Source: an uncultured Methylomirabilota bacterium (GTDB lineage: Bacteria; Methylomirabilota; Methylomirabilia; Methylomirabilales; 2-02-FULL-66-22). From it: a DNA stretch of 64,000 nucleotides. Positions within the stretch are counted from its first letter, which is position 1; each line of letters starts with the position of its first letter. The position numbers and the translations under genes are program-made. Of this stretch, positions 19,564 to 29,912 are shown in pieces. The DNA is taken from the NCBI GenBank assembly GCA_963705305.1, contig OY970067.1:4064001-4128000 (forward strand), written 5' to 3'. The notes under the pieces are model-generated. The model made no database searches. It was not told where the DNA came from and saw only the letters and a list, made by a program, of their open reading frames with translations.

Positions 19564-20337
19564 ATGCGGGATCCGCACGTTGTCGCATTGAAATATAGGT
19601 TCGAATCGAACGACGCGCTCATCTTTGACAACGCTCCCCCCCTTGAGAGGGAGACAGATGAATTTCGTATGAAGCTGAAGGATGGTTTAACGAGATTCGA
19701 GATGAAGACGCACTACGCCGACGTACCGTCGGCCAGAGCGGTGTTAGAGCGGTACCTCCGAACTTGGGAGGTGGACGCTGGCCTGATCTTTGATTGTGAT
19801 GCCATCAAGTTCAGGTTCATCGAGCCAGAGATTGTCGATAGGAGCCCAGATCCAGACCAGCCGCCCGTTTCGGTAGTGACGGTCACAGTGACTGTCCCAG
19901 TGGAGACTACAGTCACACGTATTGTGAAGCCGCGTTACCCCGAGCCTCCGGCTGGCTTTGTCGCATCGCCGGATGTGGAGACGATGTGGACCCGGTTCCA
20001 AGGGTATCGGTACGGTCGAGAGCCGCTCTCTTCGATGGGCTACGTGTGCCTCACGGTTCTCGAAGCGAGTGCAGGTGGACGGAAACAGGCCGCCAGTCGG
20101 TACGGTATCGATGTTCAGGTGTTGAGGAAGTTGGGCTACTTGACCAGCGAGATAGGAGATCCAAAGAGCATGCGCAAAGCAACCAGTGGAAACACCGTGC
20201 GGGCGCATACTCCTGCGGAAGTCGCATGGGTCGACGCTGTGATTCGCAGACTCATTCGGCGTGTAGGTGAATGGGCATTTGACCCCAAGGGTGTACGGCC
20301 GACATTGACGATGGCCGATTTTCCACACCTCCCCTGA
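19564..20337 (+). CDS. Hypothetical protein
   Basis: 257 aa ORF, co-directional within the defence-like cluster. Confidence 0.7.
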   Translation: MRDPHVVALKYRFESNDALIFDNAPPLERETDEFRMKLKDGLTRFEMKTHYADVPSARAVLERYLRTWEVDAGLIFDCDAIKFRFIEPEIVDRSPDPDQPPVSVVTVTVTVPVETTVTRIVKPRYPEPPAGFVASPDVETMWTRFQGYRYGREPLSSMGYVCLTVLEASAGGRKQAASRYGIDVQVLRKLGYLTSEIGDPKSMRKATSGNTVRAHTPAEVAWVDAVIRRLIRRVGEWAFDPKGVRPTLTMADFPHLP

Positions 20338-20472
20338 CAGTACGTTTGCAGAAATCGGCCTAGCGCGCCAACGCCCGTCCGTGTCACGGAATGCCTCGGC
20401 AGCCTCGAATGGGGGTAAGAGAACAGCCTCAACGTGGAAGAGTTAGCAGGGCTCCGCCGAACAGGAAAGCAC

Positions 20473-23400
20473 GTGAGAGACGATTTCAGCAAGCGGACCA
20501 TCGAAATCATCGCCAGGCGGGCGGGATACCTCTGCTCGAATCCAGCCTGCAGGCGCTCGACGATCGGGGCTGCGCGGTGGCACGATGGAGTCGTGAATAT
20601 CGGAGTCGCCGCTCATATCACGGCCGCCTCACCAGGCGGACCACGGTATGACCCCTCCCTCTCGCGAGAAGAGCGGCGGCACCAATCGAACGGCATCTGG
20701 GCCTGTCAATCGCATGGCAAGCTGATCGATTCGGATCCCGAGGAATTTTCTGTTGCGATGCTGCGGGAGTGGAAACAGCGCGCAGAGGAGCAATCCTTCC
20801 GTGCCCTCCTCGAGCTTCAGCCAGTTCATGGCGACCACGTCGCGCCACTGGCCGCCGATACAGAGGAGAGCGTTCTGCTCGCGCGGCTGGGATTGGCGAT
20901 GGAAGGTGATCTTGAGTCGATCGCCCTCTGGGTGGTCGGTGCGGCACAGGCCGATCTTGCCGTCTTTCGGCAAACCGCCAGGTGGCCCCAGCATCCCATT
21001 TCATTGAACCTCAGAATGGCCGATGGCCACGATCCTGGCGTATTTGACGTCGCGGCATTGGCGGCCACGGTTGTAACCTTCAACGAACTGGTTGTGGTCG
21101 CACCTCCAGGGACCGGCAAAACGGTCACGCTGCTGCAGCTGGCCGGAGCCATCCTCTCTCGAACCAAGGCAGCGGCCGTCTTTGTCCCGCTCAGTGAATG
21201 GTCGTCGCAGGCGGACTCCTTTCTCCTATCCATCGTGCGGCGCCACGCATATGTTGGCTTCCGAAAAGAGCACTTGGAGTTGCTGGCCCATCAAGGTCGG
21301 CTGGTATTGGTGCTCGACGGGTGGAATGAACTGGACGCGGCATCCCGGACGCGAGCCCGCCATAGCCTGGAGGCGCTGCAACGGGATTTTCCCGCTCTGG
21401 GTGTCGTGATCAGCACGCGGCGGCAGGCGCTGGACGTCCCGATTGCCGGGCGAGTGGTGGAGATCGACGGACTGACCGAGGATCAGCAGTTGGAGCTTGC
21501 CAGGGCTCAACGGGGCGCGCGAGGCGAGGCCATTCTCGATCATGCCTGGCGAACACCCGGGGTCCGGGACCTGATAACGATTCCGTTGTATCTCGGGGCT
21601 CTACTCACATACGCCACGGACGAGGCCTTCCCGACGACAAGAGAAGCGATCCTGCGGCTGTTCGTGGGCGAACACGAACGAATGGCTGATAGAACCGAAG
21701 CGCTGCGGGCGATCCTCTTCGGGTTCCACAAGGAGATGCTCGCAGCGCTGGCCGTAGAGGCCACGCGTGCCGGGAACATAACGATCAGCGAGAGCCGGGC
21801 CCGGGCGGCGGTCAAGCGGGTTACGGACCGACTCATTGAGGATGGGCAGATCACAAGCGCACCCCAGCCAACCACGGTCTTGGATGCGCTCGTCGATCAT
21901 CATCTGCTCGTTCGCTCCAGCGCAGATATTGACGGGCTGTCTTTCCAGCATCAGCAGTTCCAGGGATGGTACGCGTCCTTCGAGGTCGAGGCGCTCATGG
22001 CCGCCATGGTAGCGGGCGACCCGGACGCTAAGCAAGAGCTCAAAACCGAGGTGCTCGACGTCCGGAATTGGGAGGAGTCGATCCTCTTCGCGTGCGAGCG
22101 GGTATCGAAGGCGGACGGGGCTGGCGCGAGGGCCGTGGCGGCTGCGGTTCTTGAGGCCGTGGCGATCGACCCGATGCTGGTCGCAGAGATGATCTACCGC
22201 TCGGCTCCCGGAGTCTGGAATGAGGTCCAGGAGAAGATCCTTGCCTTTGTCGGCCGATGGCACGCGGACGGCACGATAGACCGGGCCGTGCATTTCATGA
22301 TTAGCACGGGTCGGGGCGAGTTTGCCCCGCTCCTCTGGCCGCTGATCTCTCACCCGGATGATCAGGTCCGTTTTGCGGCTCTCCGCGCGGGGCGGCAGTT
22401 CCGTCCCTCGATCCTAGGGGCCGACGTTGAGTGCCGTATTACGGAGTTGCCTGAAGCGGTGCGCAGGCACGTGCTCTCGGAGATGGCCAGCGAGAGCGAC
22501 ATGGATGGGATTGAACTGGCGGCCAAGATGGCTCGGGCGGATGCCAGCCCAGAAGTGCAGGGTGGTGTGATCGAGGCGCTCCATTTTCGACGGGCCGACC
22601 GTTTCGTGGCCGACATCCTTCGCACGGCACCGGATCAGGTCTGGGAGCTTCTCGCGCGTAACGGGTCCGTCGAAGAGATCGCCGACCCGGCGATGGCGGC
22701 GCGTCTGCGGGTTGAGCGGCAACGCTTTCTCGAGAGTGTCAGCGATCCCCTGGAAAAACTCGGCCTGCTTCTTCGTCTCGAGCGAAGTGGCGCAGTCGGG
22801 CCCGAAGTGGGCGCGCTGGTTGAGGCAGTAGAGTTCCCTGCGACGGATCCGGGAAAGGGATGGCTCCTCCGCGAGGCGCACCGGCGTTTTCCCGACGAGG
22901 TGGCCCAGGCGTTGGTGCGTCGGGTCGAGGCCGGCCGGGGAATCCCCTATCAGGCCGATGACCTGCTGCGGGATGCCGACCTCGCCATTGATGAGGGCCC
23001 ACTGCTGGAGCTGGTTTCACGACCGGACGCTCTTGAGAGGGTGCCCGAGGCGGCGGCCAGCGTTGTTGGGCCGCGGATCGTGGGCAGGATCATCGACCAG
23101 CTGGCCGCGATGGATCGGCAATTGAGAGGCTCTCGGGAACCTCTAGATAAGGCGGCAGTCGAACAGTTTTACCTACTGAAGACCTTCCTTTCGAAGACGG
23201 GGCTCAGGGCGTTCGCTCAAGCCCTGTTGAGCCGATCGGCAACTGAGGACCCGCCCGAAATTGCGCTCCTCGCGGAGCTGGTGGCCCACCACGGTGGCGC
23301 GGTTCACGAAGGGGCCCTCCGATTCGATGAGCCGCTGTACGAGCCAATGGTCGCTCTCGTCGGGCGCTGGGCCGAGACCCTCTTGGCTTCTCCCGCCGCG

Positions 23401-24903
23401 AGTCGTACCCACCTCGCCGAGGCTGCCTGTGCAATCGAACGATTGGCCGCGCCGCCGCTGCTCCCCGCCCTGAGACGCCTCCTGGCGGAGGACCTGACTC
23501 GCTGGCGGCGCGCCCGACAGGAGTTCTTTGCCGCACGCGCTCGAGGGCTGGCAGCCTCGGTCCCGGCGGATGTGAGTTCCTCCTGGACGCTACAGTATAG
23601 AAGGGCCTTTGCCGCCATCGGCAGCTCCGAGGTCGTGGAGCTGATGACGGAGTACTTGCGGGACGCGGAATTCGGCGTCGATGCCGCCTATGTGCTGCAG
23701 GCAATCTGGGATCGAAAGCACCGCCTGCCGGAGCGGAAACCGTTTGACCTTTGGGCGGAATTTTCCGAGGTGAGGGCGCGACGCGCGGAGCGGCAGGAAA
23801 GGGGAGATAGCGAATCCTCTCCATTCGCCGATGCGATCCTGGCGGTGGTCGATGAGCTTGCCACGCCGGATGCGGGCGGGGAAGCTCAGCGGCATGCCTT
23901 GCAGCTGGCGAGGGTGGCTTTCACCATGCCGTATGGCAACAAGGCGGAGAGCATCGAGATGCTCCTGAGGTTGCCGCGGCCACTTCAAGAAAAGCGACCG
24001 CTGCTCGCCATTCTGGTGCTCGCCGGAGAAATAATTCGATCGGAGGTGGTTCTAGAAGGTCTCAAGGCACTGCTGGAAAGGGCAAAGACGGAGCGGTGGC
24101 TCCTGGACCAGAACCAAGGGGCGTTGGAGGGATGGCTCGAACTGATGCCCTTCTCCGATCGGCCCGGCGCCACGCTCGAAGCCCTGGAAATGGTCGATCC
24201 CAACCTTCGGCCCCCATGGCTGCTGCGTCGTTTGTTCTTGGCATTGGGCTACGCCCCATCACAAGAAGCCGAGAATGTGTTAGCTCGACTAGCCCGCGAG
24301 GATGCTAGGCTCTTGGGCGAACACGGCTGGCTGGCCGCCTTGGAGAAGCGCGGTACCGAATCAGCGGCCCGGATTCTTCTCGATCTGATCTGCGAGTACC
24401 CCTTAGCCGGAACTCCCAAGGGAATAGATGGCTGGATCCTCTCGGGCCGGTTGGCAGAAGCGATGCGAGTGTATCCTGACCTGCGGGCGGATCTATACAG
24501 GCGGTATGAACTCCTGCCCGCCAGTCCGGCCAAGGCCGTCCTCGAAGGCGCCATTGCCGAGGTCGCGGACTCGAACGGAGTATTGGTCCTTGTCCGTGCC
24601 CATGCCCGGCAGGGCGGGTCATTCTCCGGCGTCCTTCATTCTGCGATCCGACATGCTGTTGTTGGCCAACGCCCATCCATTTATTGGAAGGGGGCAGATG
24701 AGACTTTCAGGGTGCCGGTTCCCGAGCTGCGGAAGGAGCTTTTCGCTATGACACGGCAGCAGGGTGCCGAAGCACGGTTAGCAATAGCATGCCTCAACGC
24801 GATCGACGAAATCCGCGAAGACTACGGTCCGCCTGAATCCGAGCCGCGCCATCCGGACATTGAGAGTGGCCGTCCCTGGCCCCTTGCGGCAGAAACACCC
24901 TGA
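20473..24903 (+). CDS. HNH-endonuclease + NACHT/STAND NTPase + helical C-terminus (bacterial NLR-like)
   Basis: CSNPAC...AAHITAASPGGPRYD...NGIWACQSHGKLID (HNH); APPGTGKT and LVLDGWNE (NACHT); TIPLYL and FQHQQFQGWY (winged helix). Confidence 0.8.
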   Translation: MRDDFSKRTIEIIARRAGYLCSNPACRRSTIGAARWHDGVVNIGVAAHITAASPGGPRYDPSLSREERRHQSNGIWACQSHGKLIDSDPEEFSVAMLREWKQRAEEQSFRALLELQPVHGDHVAPLAADTEESVLLARLGLAMEGDLESIALWVVGAAQADLAVFRQTARWPQHPISLNLRMADGHDPGVFDVAALAATVVTFNELVVVAPPGTGKTVTLLQLAGAILSRTKAAAVFVPLSEWSSQADSFLLSIVRRHAYVGFRKEHLELLAHQGRLVLVLDGWNELDAASRTRARHSLEALQRDFPALGVVISTRRQALDVPIAGRVVEIDGLTEDQQLELARAQRGARGEAILDHAWRTPGVRDLITIPLYLGALLTYATDEAFPTTREAILRLFVGEHERMADRTEALRAILFGFHKEMLAALAVEATRAGNITISESRARAAVKRVTDRLIEDGQITSAPQPTTVLDALVDHHLLVRSSADIDGLSFQHQQFQGWYASFEVEALMAAMVAGDPDAKQELKTEVLDVRNWEESILFACERVSKADGAGARAVAAAVLEAVAIDPMLVAEMIYRSAPGVWNEVQEKILAFVGRWHADGTIDRAVHFMISTGRGEFAPLLWPLISHPDDQVRFAALRAGRQFRPSILGADVECRITELPEAVRRHVLSEMASESDMDGIELAAKMARADASPEVQGGVIEALHFRRADRFVADILRTAPDQVWELLARNGSVEEIADPAMAARLRVERQRFLESVSDPLEKLGLLLRLERSGAVGPEVGALVEAVEFPATDPGKGWLLREAHRRFPDEVAQALVRRVEAGRGIPYQADDLLRDADLAIDEGPLLELVSRPDALERVPEAAASVVGPRIVGRIIDQLAAMDRQLRGSREPLDKAAVEQFYLLKTFLSKTGLRAFAQALLSRSATEDPPEIALLAELVAHHGGAVHEGALRFDEPLYEPMVALVGRWAETLLASPAASRTHLAEAACAIERLAAPPLLPALRRLLAEDLTRWRRARQEFFAARARGLAASVPADVSSSWTLQYRRAFAAIGSSEVVELMTEYLRDAEFGVDAAYVLQAIWDRKHRLPERKPFDLWAEFSEVRARRAERQERGDSESSPFADAILAVVDELATPDAGGEAQRHALQLARVAFTMPYGNKAESIEMLLRLPRPLQEKRPLLAILVLAGEIIRSEVVLEGLKALLERAKTERWLLDQNQGALEGWLELMPFSDRPGATLEALEMVDPNLRPPWLLRRLFLALGYAPSQEAENVLARLAREDARLLGEHGWLAALEKRGTESAARILLDLICEYPLAGTPKGIDGWILSGRLAEAMRVYPDLRADLYRRYELLPASPAKAVLEGAIAEVADSNGVLVLVRAHARQGGSFSGVLHSAIRHAVVGQRPSIYWKGADETFRVPVPELRKELFAMTRQQGAEARLAIACLNAIDEIREDYGPPESEPRHPDIESGRPWPLAAETP

Positions 24904-25083
24904 GACGGTCAATGTGTGAACCGCGCCTGTTTTCTGACCAAAGACCTATTCTCCGCAAGCATTACATATTCCGCAGGATACGGGTTGATAAGCCATGGGT
25001 CCGGGAATTCATGGCCCTGATTTGGCCGCAGAAGAGCGGCCGCTTCGGGCTCAAGCCGTGAAATTACCGCTAGATGAGGACCG

Positions 25084-25233
25084 AAAAACGTGCCCAAAAA
25101 CGTGCCCGCGACCAGCTATAAACCGCCCAAAACCACCCCCCGCGGGCCAAGGTGGGTAGTGGAAACCCCTTGATAAATATAGGATTTTGCTGTTACCCTT
25201 TACGGGTTGTTGGACTTACAAGCAGGGGGTCGG
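25084..25233 (+). other. Possible attachment-site remnant: tandem AAAAACGTGCCC plus a tRNA-Val(TAC)-like fragment
   Basis: 12-bp direct repeat at 25084-25107. CTTACAAGCAGGGGGTCG at 25215-25232 resembles a tRNA-Val anticodon arm. Confidence 0.45.
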
Positions 25234-25719
25234 TCACACTTGAATGAGCAGATCACCATTGGTCGGCGTACCCCTCCAAGCGCGGAATTCTACAATTTAT
25301 TTTTGTTGGCTTCGCGATCGCCGGTTGCCGGAAGCAGGCTACGCGCGGTGTGCGCTTCGATCAGGTATGCGCAAGTACGAAAGCGAGTGCTGAGAGGTAG
25401 CGTTTTCGTCAATACCGACAGACACTTCCCTGCGATCGTCCGCGAAACATGGGTGCCGATCCTCCGCTCCTAACCCTCACGCTCCCTCCAATTTTTCCTC
25501 CTCCTGATTGATTGGAGCCCCGGCAAGGCTCGAATGGGGCTTTGACTCCCGCCGGGCCCCGGGCCGCTCCTCACGCCAAATTACGCATCCAGGTTTGAGG
25601 AACATCGGTCCAAGAATCATCGCGGGCAGGGAGGGATCTTCGCCCATCCTCCGGCCCTCTATACGCGGAGGAAATTCGTCATCACCCGGAAGCACCGGCA
25701 CTGAATCCCTCCTCTTGGC

Positions 25720-25990
25720 GTGGTTATAGATGTTCGTGGTGTCCAGGCGGATGTGGTCGAGCAGGGCGCGCACCTCCTCCACGTTGTTGCGCTGCTCGAG
25801 GACCTCCATGGCCCCGCCGTGCCGCAGGGCGTGGGGCTTCAGAGTCGGCGCGCCGATCCGGCGCCCGTAGACCTTGCACAGCCGCCAGCTGTTCTTCCCG
25901 GTCATGGGCCGCCGGATCTTCCCGAGGGACTTCCGTCTCGTCCAGCTGCTCGATCGGTACGACAGCGAGATGGCGATGCGTAGACATGTG
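25720..25990 (-). pseudogene. Tyrosine recombinase C-terminal remnant
   Basis: KPHALRHG...VRALLDHIRLDTTNIY (H-x-x-R, H, Y); no N-terminal part. Confidence 0.75.
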
Positions 25991-26260
25991 GGGCTTCTCG
26001 CTTTCCCGAGGAGGCCGCCTGGCGGACGACCTCGGTCCAGCGTTTCTCCGTTAGCCACAATGGGAAACCGGGGATCTCATTGTTCGTCGGCCACGAGCGC
26101 CTATGCGGGCCGTCCTCCTCAGCTGTCCCGCGCTTCGGACGCTGGCTTTTATCGGCAGTCCGGTGACGTGCCGCCACTCCTTTTTGGAATTTCTTTGCGA
26201 ATGTCTTCGTATGGAAGCGCTATACGACAACTATTTGGCCTTTCTGAAACTCGGCGATTC

Positions 26261-26294
26261 TGTGACCGTAGATGCCACAGGCCCCTCGTAGAAT
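26261..26294 (+). promoter_or_regulatory. Conserved palindromic box + -10 (copy 4)
   Basis: TGTGAC-CGTAGAT-GCCACA-N9-TAGAAT. Confidence 0.7.
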
Positions 26295-26340
26295 CCGGCT
26301 GCACAGAGCCGACCGGCGATGCGGAGGAGGAGAGGGGCCC

Positions 26341-26520
26341 ATGCAGATGTACGAACTGTGGAAGTGGACATCGCCCTGCGACAGGCCGGCCCGGCTGGAG
26401 CACGAGGGGATGCCGGTCCTGTTCGCCGAGCGAGCCGAGGCCGAGGCCTTCGTGCAGCCCGATGCCGAGGAGTGGGGGGACCAGTACTTGGTCATCCCCG
26501 TCAGGGTCGGCCTGGCCTAG
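26341..26520 (+). CDS. Small hypothetical protein (59 aa), copy 2
   Basis: Identical to 11920-12099. Confidence 0.6.
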   Translation: MQMYELWKWTSPCDRPARLEHEGMPVLFAERAEAEAFVQPDAEEWGDQYLVIPVRVGLA

Positions 26521-26670
26521 CAGGCTGCTGAAAAAGGCCCATCTGCGTCGTTAGCGCGCTCGCGCGGCACTGCGACGTACGAGCGAAGTACGCCTCGCAC
26601 CGCGCCGGGTACCCATCCGGAAGGATGGGTGACGCAGCCTTGCATCCGGACCTTTTTGAGCCGCCTGCTA
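26518..26670. mobile_element. MITE-like element, copy 2
   Basis: Same element as 11770-11922. Confidence 0.7.
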
Positions 26671-26757
26671 AAGGGCCGTGGACTTCTTGAGGCCAATGGC
26701 TACCGACTGACGGCCGGCCCCCCAAAGGCCGGGTTCCAACTTTCAAGGAGGTTGTCC

Positions 26758-27735
26758 ATGGTCACTGCGAAAGCCACTCCCGCCGAGGCCGAGCAGGAGA
26801 TCCGCGAGCTGGGCGCGCAGCTCCGGGCCTACCGCCAGCGTCCCTGCCTCCTGTTCGTCAGCCGGCGGCTGGTCCATGCCGATGTCCGGGCGATCCGCGC
26901 CGCCCTGGAGGAGGAGACCGGCCCGCACCTGGACGTGCTCGTGGCCAGTCCCGGCGGGGACATCGAGGCCGCCTACCTGGTGGCCCGGGAGCTCCGGCGC
27001 CGGTTCGAGGCGCTCACCATCTTCGTCCCCTTCCGGGCCAAGAGCGCGGCGACCCTCCTCTGTTTGGCCGCCGACGAGCTCGTCCTGGGGAGCCTGGGCG
27101 AGCTGGGCCCCCTGGACCAGCAGGGGGACGAGAAGCAGGAGGCGGACGGCCCCCTCACCACCTCGCGCCTGGTCCCCTTCAAGGCCCTCCAGCAGCTCCA
27201 GCACGGGGCCGTCGGGCTGTACGACGACCTCGTCGCCCGGATCTCCAGCAAGAGCGGGATGCGGCTCTGCGACGCCTGCAGCAAGGCCGCGGAACTGACG
27301 GCCGGCCTCTACGGCCCGCTCTACGCCCGGCTCGACCCCGCCCACCTCGCCGAGAGCGCCCGGGGAATGGAGACCGGGGGCGAGTACGCCGAGCGCCTCC
27401 TCAAGCGGTACCGCCCGGCCCTCTGGGCCGATGCGGGCCCGAAGCTCCTGGACCGCCTGGTCCACGGCTATCCCACCCACGGCTTCGTCATCGACTGGGA
27501 AGAGGCAGAGGCCCTCGGCCTCCCCACGCGGCTCCCCGATGCCGAGGAGGCGGCCCTCCTGGACCGGTTCGCCTTCGCCCTGATCGCCTACGGCACCGAG
27601 CAGGATCTCATCACGATGGCCGGCCTCCCGCAGGCGACGATCGACGCCGCGCAGGGGGTCCTGGACACCATGACGAGCGAGGGGGAGGGCGGTTCTGATA
27701 TGCCGGCGTGCGTACCGCCAGGAGCAGACGGGTGA
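26758..27735 (+). CDS. SDH-family ClpP/SppA-like serine peptidase, copy 2
   Basis: Identical to copy 1 up to ...AAQGVL, then a different C-terminal tail. Confidence 0.85.
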   Translation: MVTAKATPAEAEQEIRELGAQLRAYRQRPCLLFVSRRLVHADVRAIRAALEEETGPHLDVLVASPGGDIEAAYLVARELRRRFEALTIFVPFRAKSAATLLCLAADELVLGSLGELGPLDQQGDEKQEADGPLTTSRLVPFKALQQLQHGAVGLYDDLVARISSKSGMRLCDACSKAAELTAGLYGPLYARLDPAHLAESARGMETGGEYAERLLKRYRPALWADAGPKLLDRLVHGYPTHGFVIDWEEAEALGLPTRLPDAEEAALLDRFAFALIAYGTEQDLITMAGLPQATIDAAQGVLDTMTSEGEGGSDMPACVPPGADG

Positions 27736-27798
27736 TCTCGAAAGCAGGGCCTCTCGCTGGGCAGGCTGTAGCGGTGCATCCGGCGTGTCGAGAGAAGG

Positions 27799-28206
27799 CT
27801 ACAAGGCGGCCAGGAACTCCGCGACGGTCTGCACGATGACGGAGTGGGTCGTATCCGGGCGGTTCATGAAGGGGCCAAAGTGCTGCAAGTCGCCGGTGAG
27901 GAAATGGGTGGCTCGGCAAGCCATGGCGGCCTGAAAGATGACGGCATCCTTGGCGGCAAGCTGATCGGGGAACGGGGCGGAGCGGTCCGCAGTGGTCAGA
28001 GTGATCCGGCGGAGCAGGGTCGCCAGGCGAGGCAGAGAGTCGGGATGCTTGGCGGCGAGATTTCGCTCGGCCTCCTCGCGGGCAGCGTCGCTGGTGAAGA
28101 GGGAGAAACGTCCCGCCGTGCCCAGCTCGATGACGAATGCCGCCTTGCCGCGGGGATTGTGGGCGGCGGTGAAAAGCACGTTGGCGTCGAGAAAGACGCG
28201 CATCAT
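27799..28206 (-). CDS. PIN-domain (VapC-like) toxin
   Basis: RVFLDANVL, EEAERNL, KDAVI and LTGDLQHF. Confidence 0.85.
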   Translation of the reverse strand: MMRVFLDANVLFTAAHNPRGKAAFVIELGTAGRFSLFTSDAAREEAERNLAAKHPDSLPRLATLLRRITLTTADRSAPFPDQLAAKDAVIFQAAMACRATHFLTGDLQHFGPFMNRPDTTHSVIVQTVAEFLAAL

Positions 28207-28454
28207 TTCCGCGCCGCCAGGCGCTTTCGCACGCGCTGTCGCTCGGCGTCGTCAAGACGATCCGCCGCATCCCACGCCGACACCTGGGCCTCGGTGTACA
28301 TCTCGACTTCCGTCACCAGGGCCGGTTTGAGGACCAGCTCGGCGCCCCGCTCCTCCAGGATGACGGCGCCGCCATCCTTGATGCCGAAGCGTTTGCGCAG
28401 GCGGGCGGGCAGGGTCAGCTGCCCGCGGCTCGAAACGATGAGAGTCTGCTTCAC
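28203..28454 (-). CDS. AbrB/MazE-family antitoxin
   Basis: VSSRGQLTLPARLRKRFGI; GGAGG RBS; overlaps the PIN gene. Confidence 0.85.
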   Translation of the reverse strand: MKQTLIVSSRGQLTLPARLRKRFGIKDGGAVILEERGAELVLKPALVTEVEMYTEAQVSAWDAADRLDDAERQRVRKRLAARK

Positions 28455-28622
28455 GGCGGATACCTCCGTACAATCTGTAATCCAGATTAAACGAATTACA
28501 GACATACGTCAATACTGATTGTCCAAAATAGTGGTCTCGGCCCGCGAAGCCGGACACGTCATCGTGGTCCCCGGCTGGCGCCGAATTGTGAATGGGGGCG
28601 GTGCCGACGTCGCGGGCGGGCG

Positions 28623-29612
28623 TTACCGATACTGCGTCGCAGCGGCCTGCAGGATGGTGGCGACGTCCTTGCGCAACGTCGCCGGTCGGACGACCTCGGC
28701 GGCAGCGCCCCAGCCGAGGATCCAGCGGGTGATCTCGAAGGCGCCGCCGGCCTGGAAGGTCAGTTGCAGCCGCCCGTCGCGCAGGGTCTGCAGCCTCTGG
28801 GTCGGACGCCACTCGCGCTCGCGAACGTAGGGGGCCTGATCGGCGCGGAAGCGGACGACCACGGTCCTAGGCTTCTCCCAGACCACGCCGAAGGCCTCCG
28901 CCTTGTACCTCGTGAGGTCGAAACCCGGATCGATCGTGAAGGGCTCGGCGGTGATCGTCACGGCATGGAGCCGGTCAATGGCGAGGCTGACGAGGGAATC
29001 GTGGACGGGGACCTTGCCGATGCAGTAGAGCAGCCCCTGGATGGCCAGCAGGCGGTACGGATCGAACCGAAAGCCGTTGGGCTTACTCCGCGAGGGCGCC
29101 TGGTAGCGCACGAAGCAGCGGCGGGTGGCCACGATCGCCTCCACCAGCTGAAGGATGATCTCCTGAAAGCCGGAATAGTCCTTCACACCCCGGGACCAGC
29201 CGTCGAAGACGCCCGTGAGCGACTGGGCGAGGCGGGCATTCGGGGTGGCCGCCATGCCGTGGAGCTTCCGCAGGGCGCTCTCCAGTCCGGCGTGAAACGG
29301 CTGTCGCCCGCCCGCCTGCTTGGCGGCCCAGTTCAGGGCGGTCAGCTCTTGCTGGGTGAGCGGCACCGCCGGGATCGTCGTCCGGAACTCGGCGGGCAGG
29401 GTGGGCCGGCTCAGTCGCCCTTCCGTGTCCCCGGCAATGGGGTAGCCGACCGCCTGCAGGGCGCGCAGGTCGCGGTAGATCGTCTCGCGGCGGGTGTGGA
29501 ACCGGGCGGCGAGGTCGTGGACGGACGGGTGGCCGTTCTCCCGCAGCAGCTTGAGGAGCGTGAGCAGCCGGACCACCTGGCGCTCACGACGCGGGGCCGG
29601 GGCGGTCGCCAT
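28623..29612 (-). CDS. HTH-WYL-WCX transcriptional regulator, copy 2
   Basis: Close paralogue of 5757-6752 with an identical HTH segment. Confidence 0.92.
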   Translation of the reverse strand: MATAPAPRRERQVVRLLTLLKLLRENGHPSVHDLAARFHTRRETIYRDLRALQAVGYPIAGDTEGRLSRPTLPAEFRTTIPAVPLTQQELTALNWAAKQAGGRQPFHAGLESALRKLHGMAATPNARLAQSLTGVFDGWSRGVKDYSGFQEIILQLVEAIVATRRCFVRYQAPSRSKPNGFRFDPYRLLAIQGLLYCIGKVPVHDSLVSLAIDRLHAVTITAEPFTIDPGFDLTRYKAEAFGVVWEKPRTVVVRFRADQAPYVREREWRPTQRLQTLRDGRLQLTFQAGGAFEITRWILGWGAAAEVVRPATLRKDVATILQAAATQYR

Positions 29613-29712
29613 GCCGGCGACTATACGCCGGAGGCACTCCGGGGTGCAACGAGGATTCTGGCTAGGATGGCATGGTTCGCTGGAGTATACTTCTGGCAAG
29701 GAGGTGGGCGCC

Positions 29713-29910
29713 ATGATCTACCGCATTGCACTTCGAGCGTCCGAGGAGGGGTACAGCGTATCCGTGCCCGGACTGCCCGGCTGCTGGTCGCAGGGTGCCA
29801 CCGAGGAAGAGGCCGTCCAGAATATCCGGGAGGCCATCCGAGAGTACCTTGCTGTGGCAACGGAATTGGTGCAAGGGGCCGAGATCCGCGACGTCGACGT
29901 GGCCATGTAG
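29713..29910 (+). CDS. hicB: HicB-family antitoxin (short)
   Basis: GYSVSVPGLPGCWSQGATEEEAVQNIREAI; AAGGAGGT RBS. Confidence 0.9.
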   Translation: MIYRIALRASEEGYSVSVPGLPGCWSQGATEEEAVQNIREAIREYLAVATELVQGAEIRDVDVAM

Positions 29911-29912
29911 CC

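Larger units (their letters stand above)
26256..27664. repeat. Right arm of the 1409-bp inverted duplication
   Basis: Reverse complement of 10776-12184. Confidence 0.95.

Noticed and set aside
20473..20830. CBASS Cap5 effector
   Set aside because: The HNH module is similar, but it is fused to NACHT. No SAVED domain or CD-NTase was recognised.
25535..25565. tRNA/tmRNA 3'-end-like GGGGCTTTGACTCCCGCC
   Set aside because: It lacks the TTCGA loop and acceptor/CCA context; too weak.
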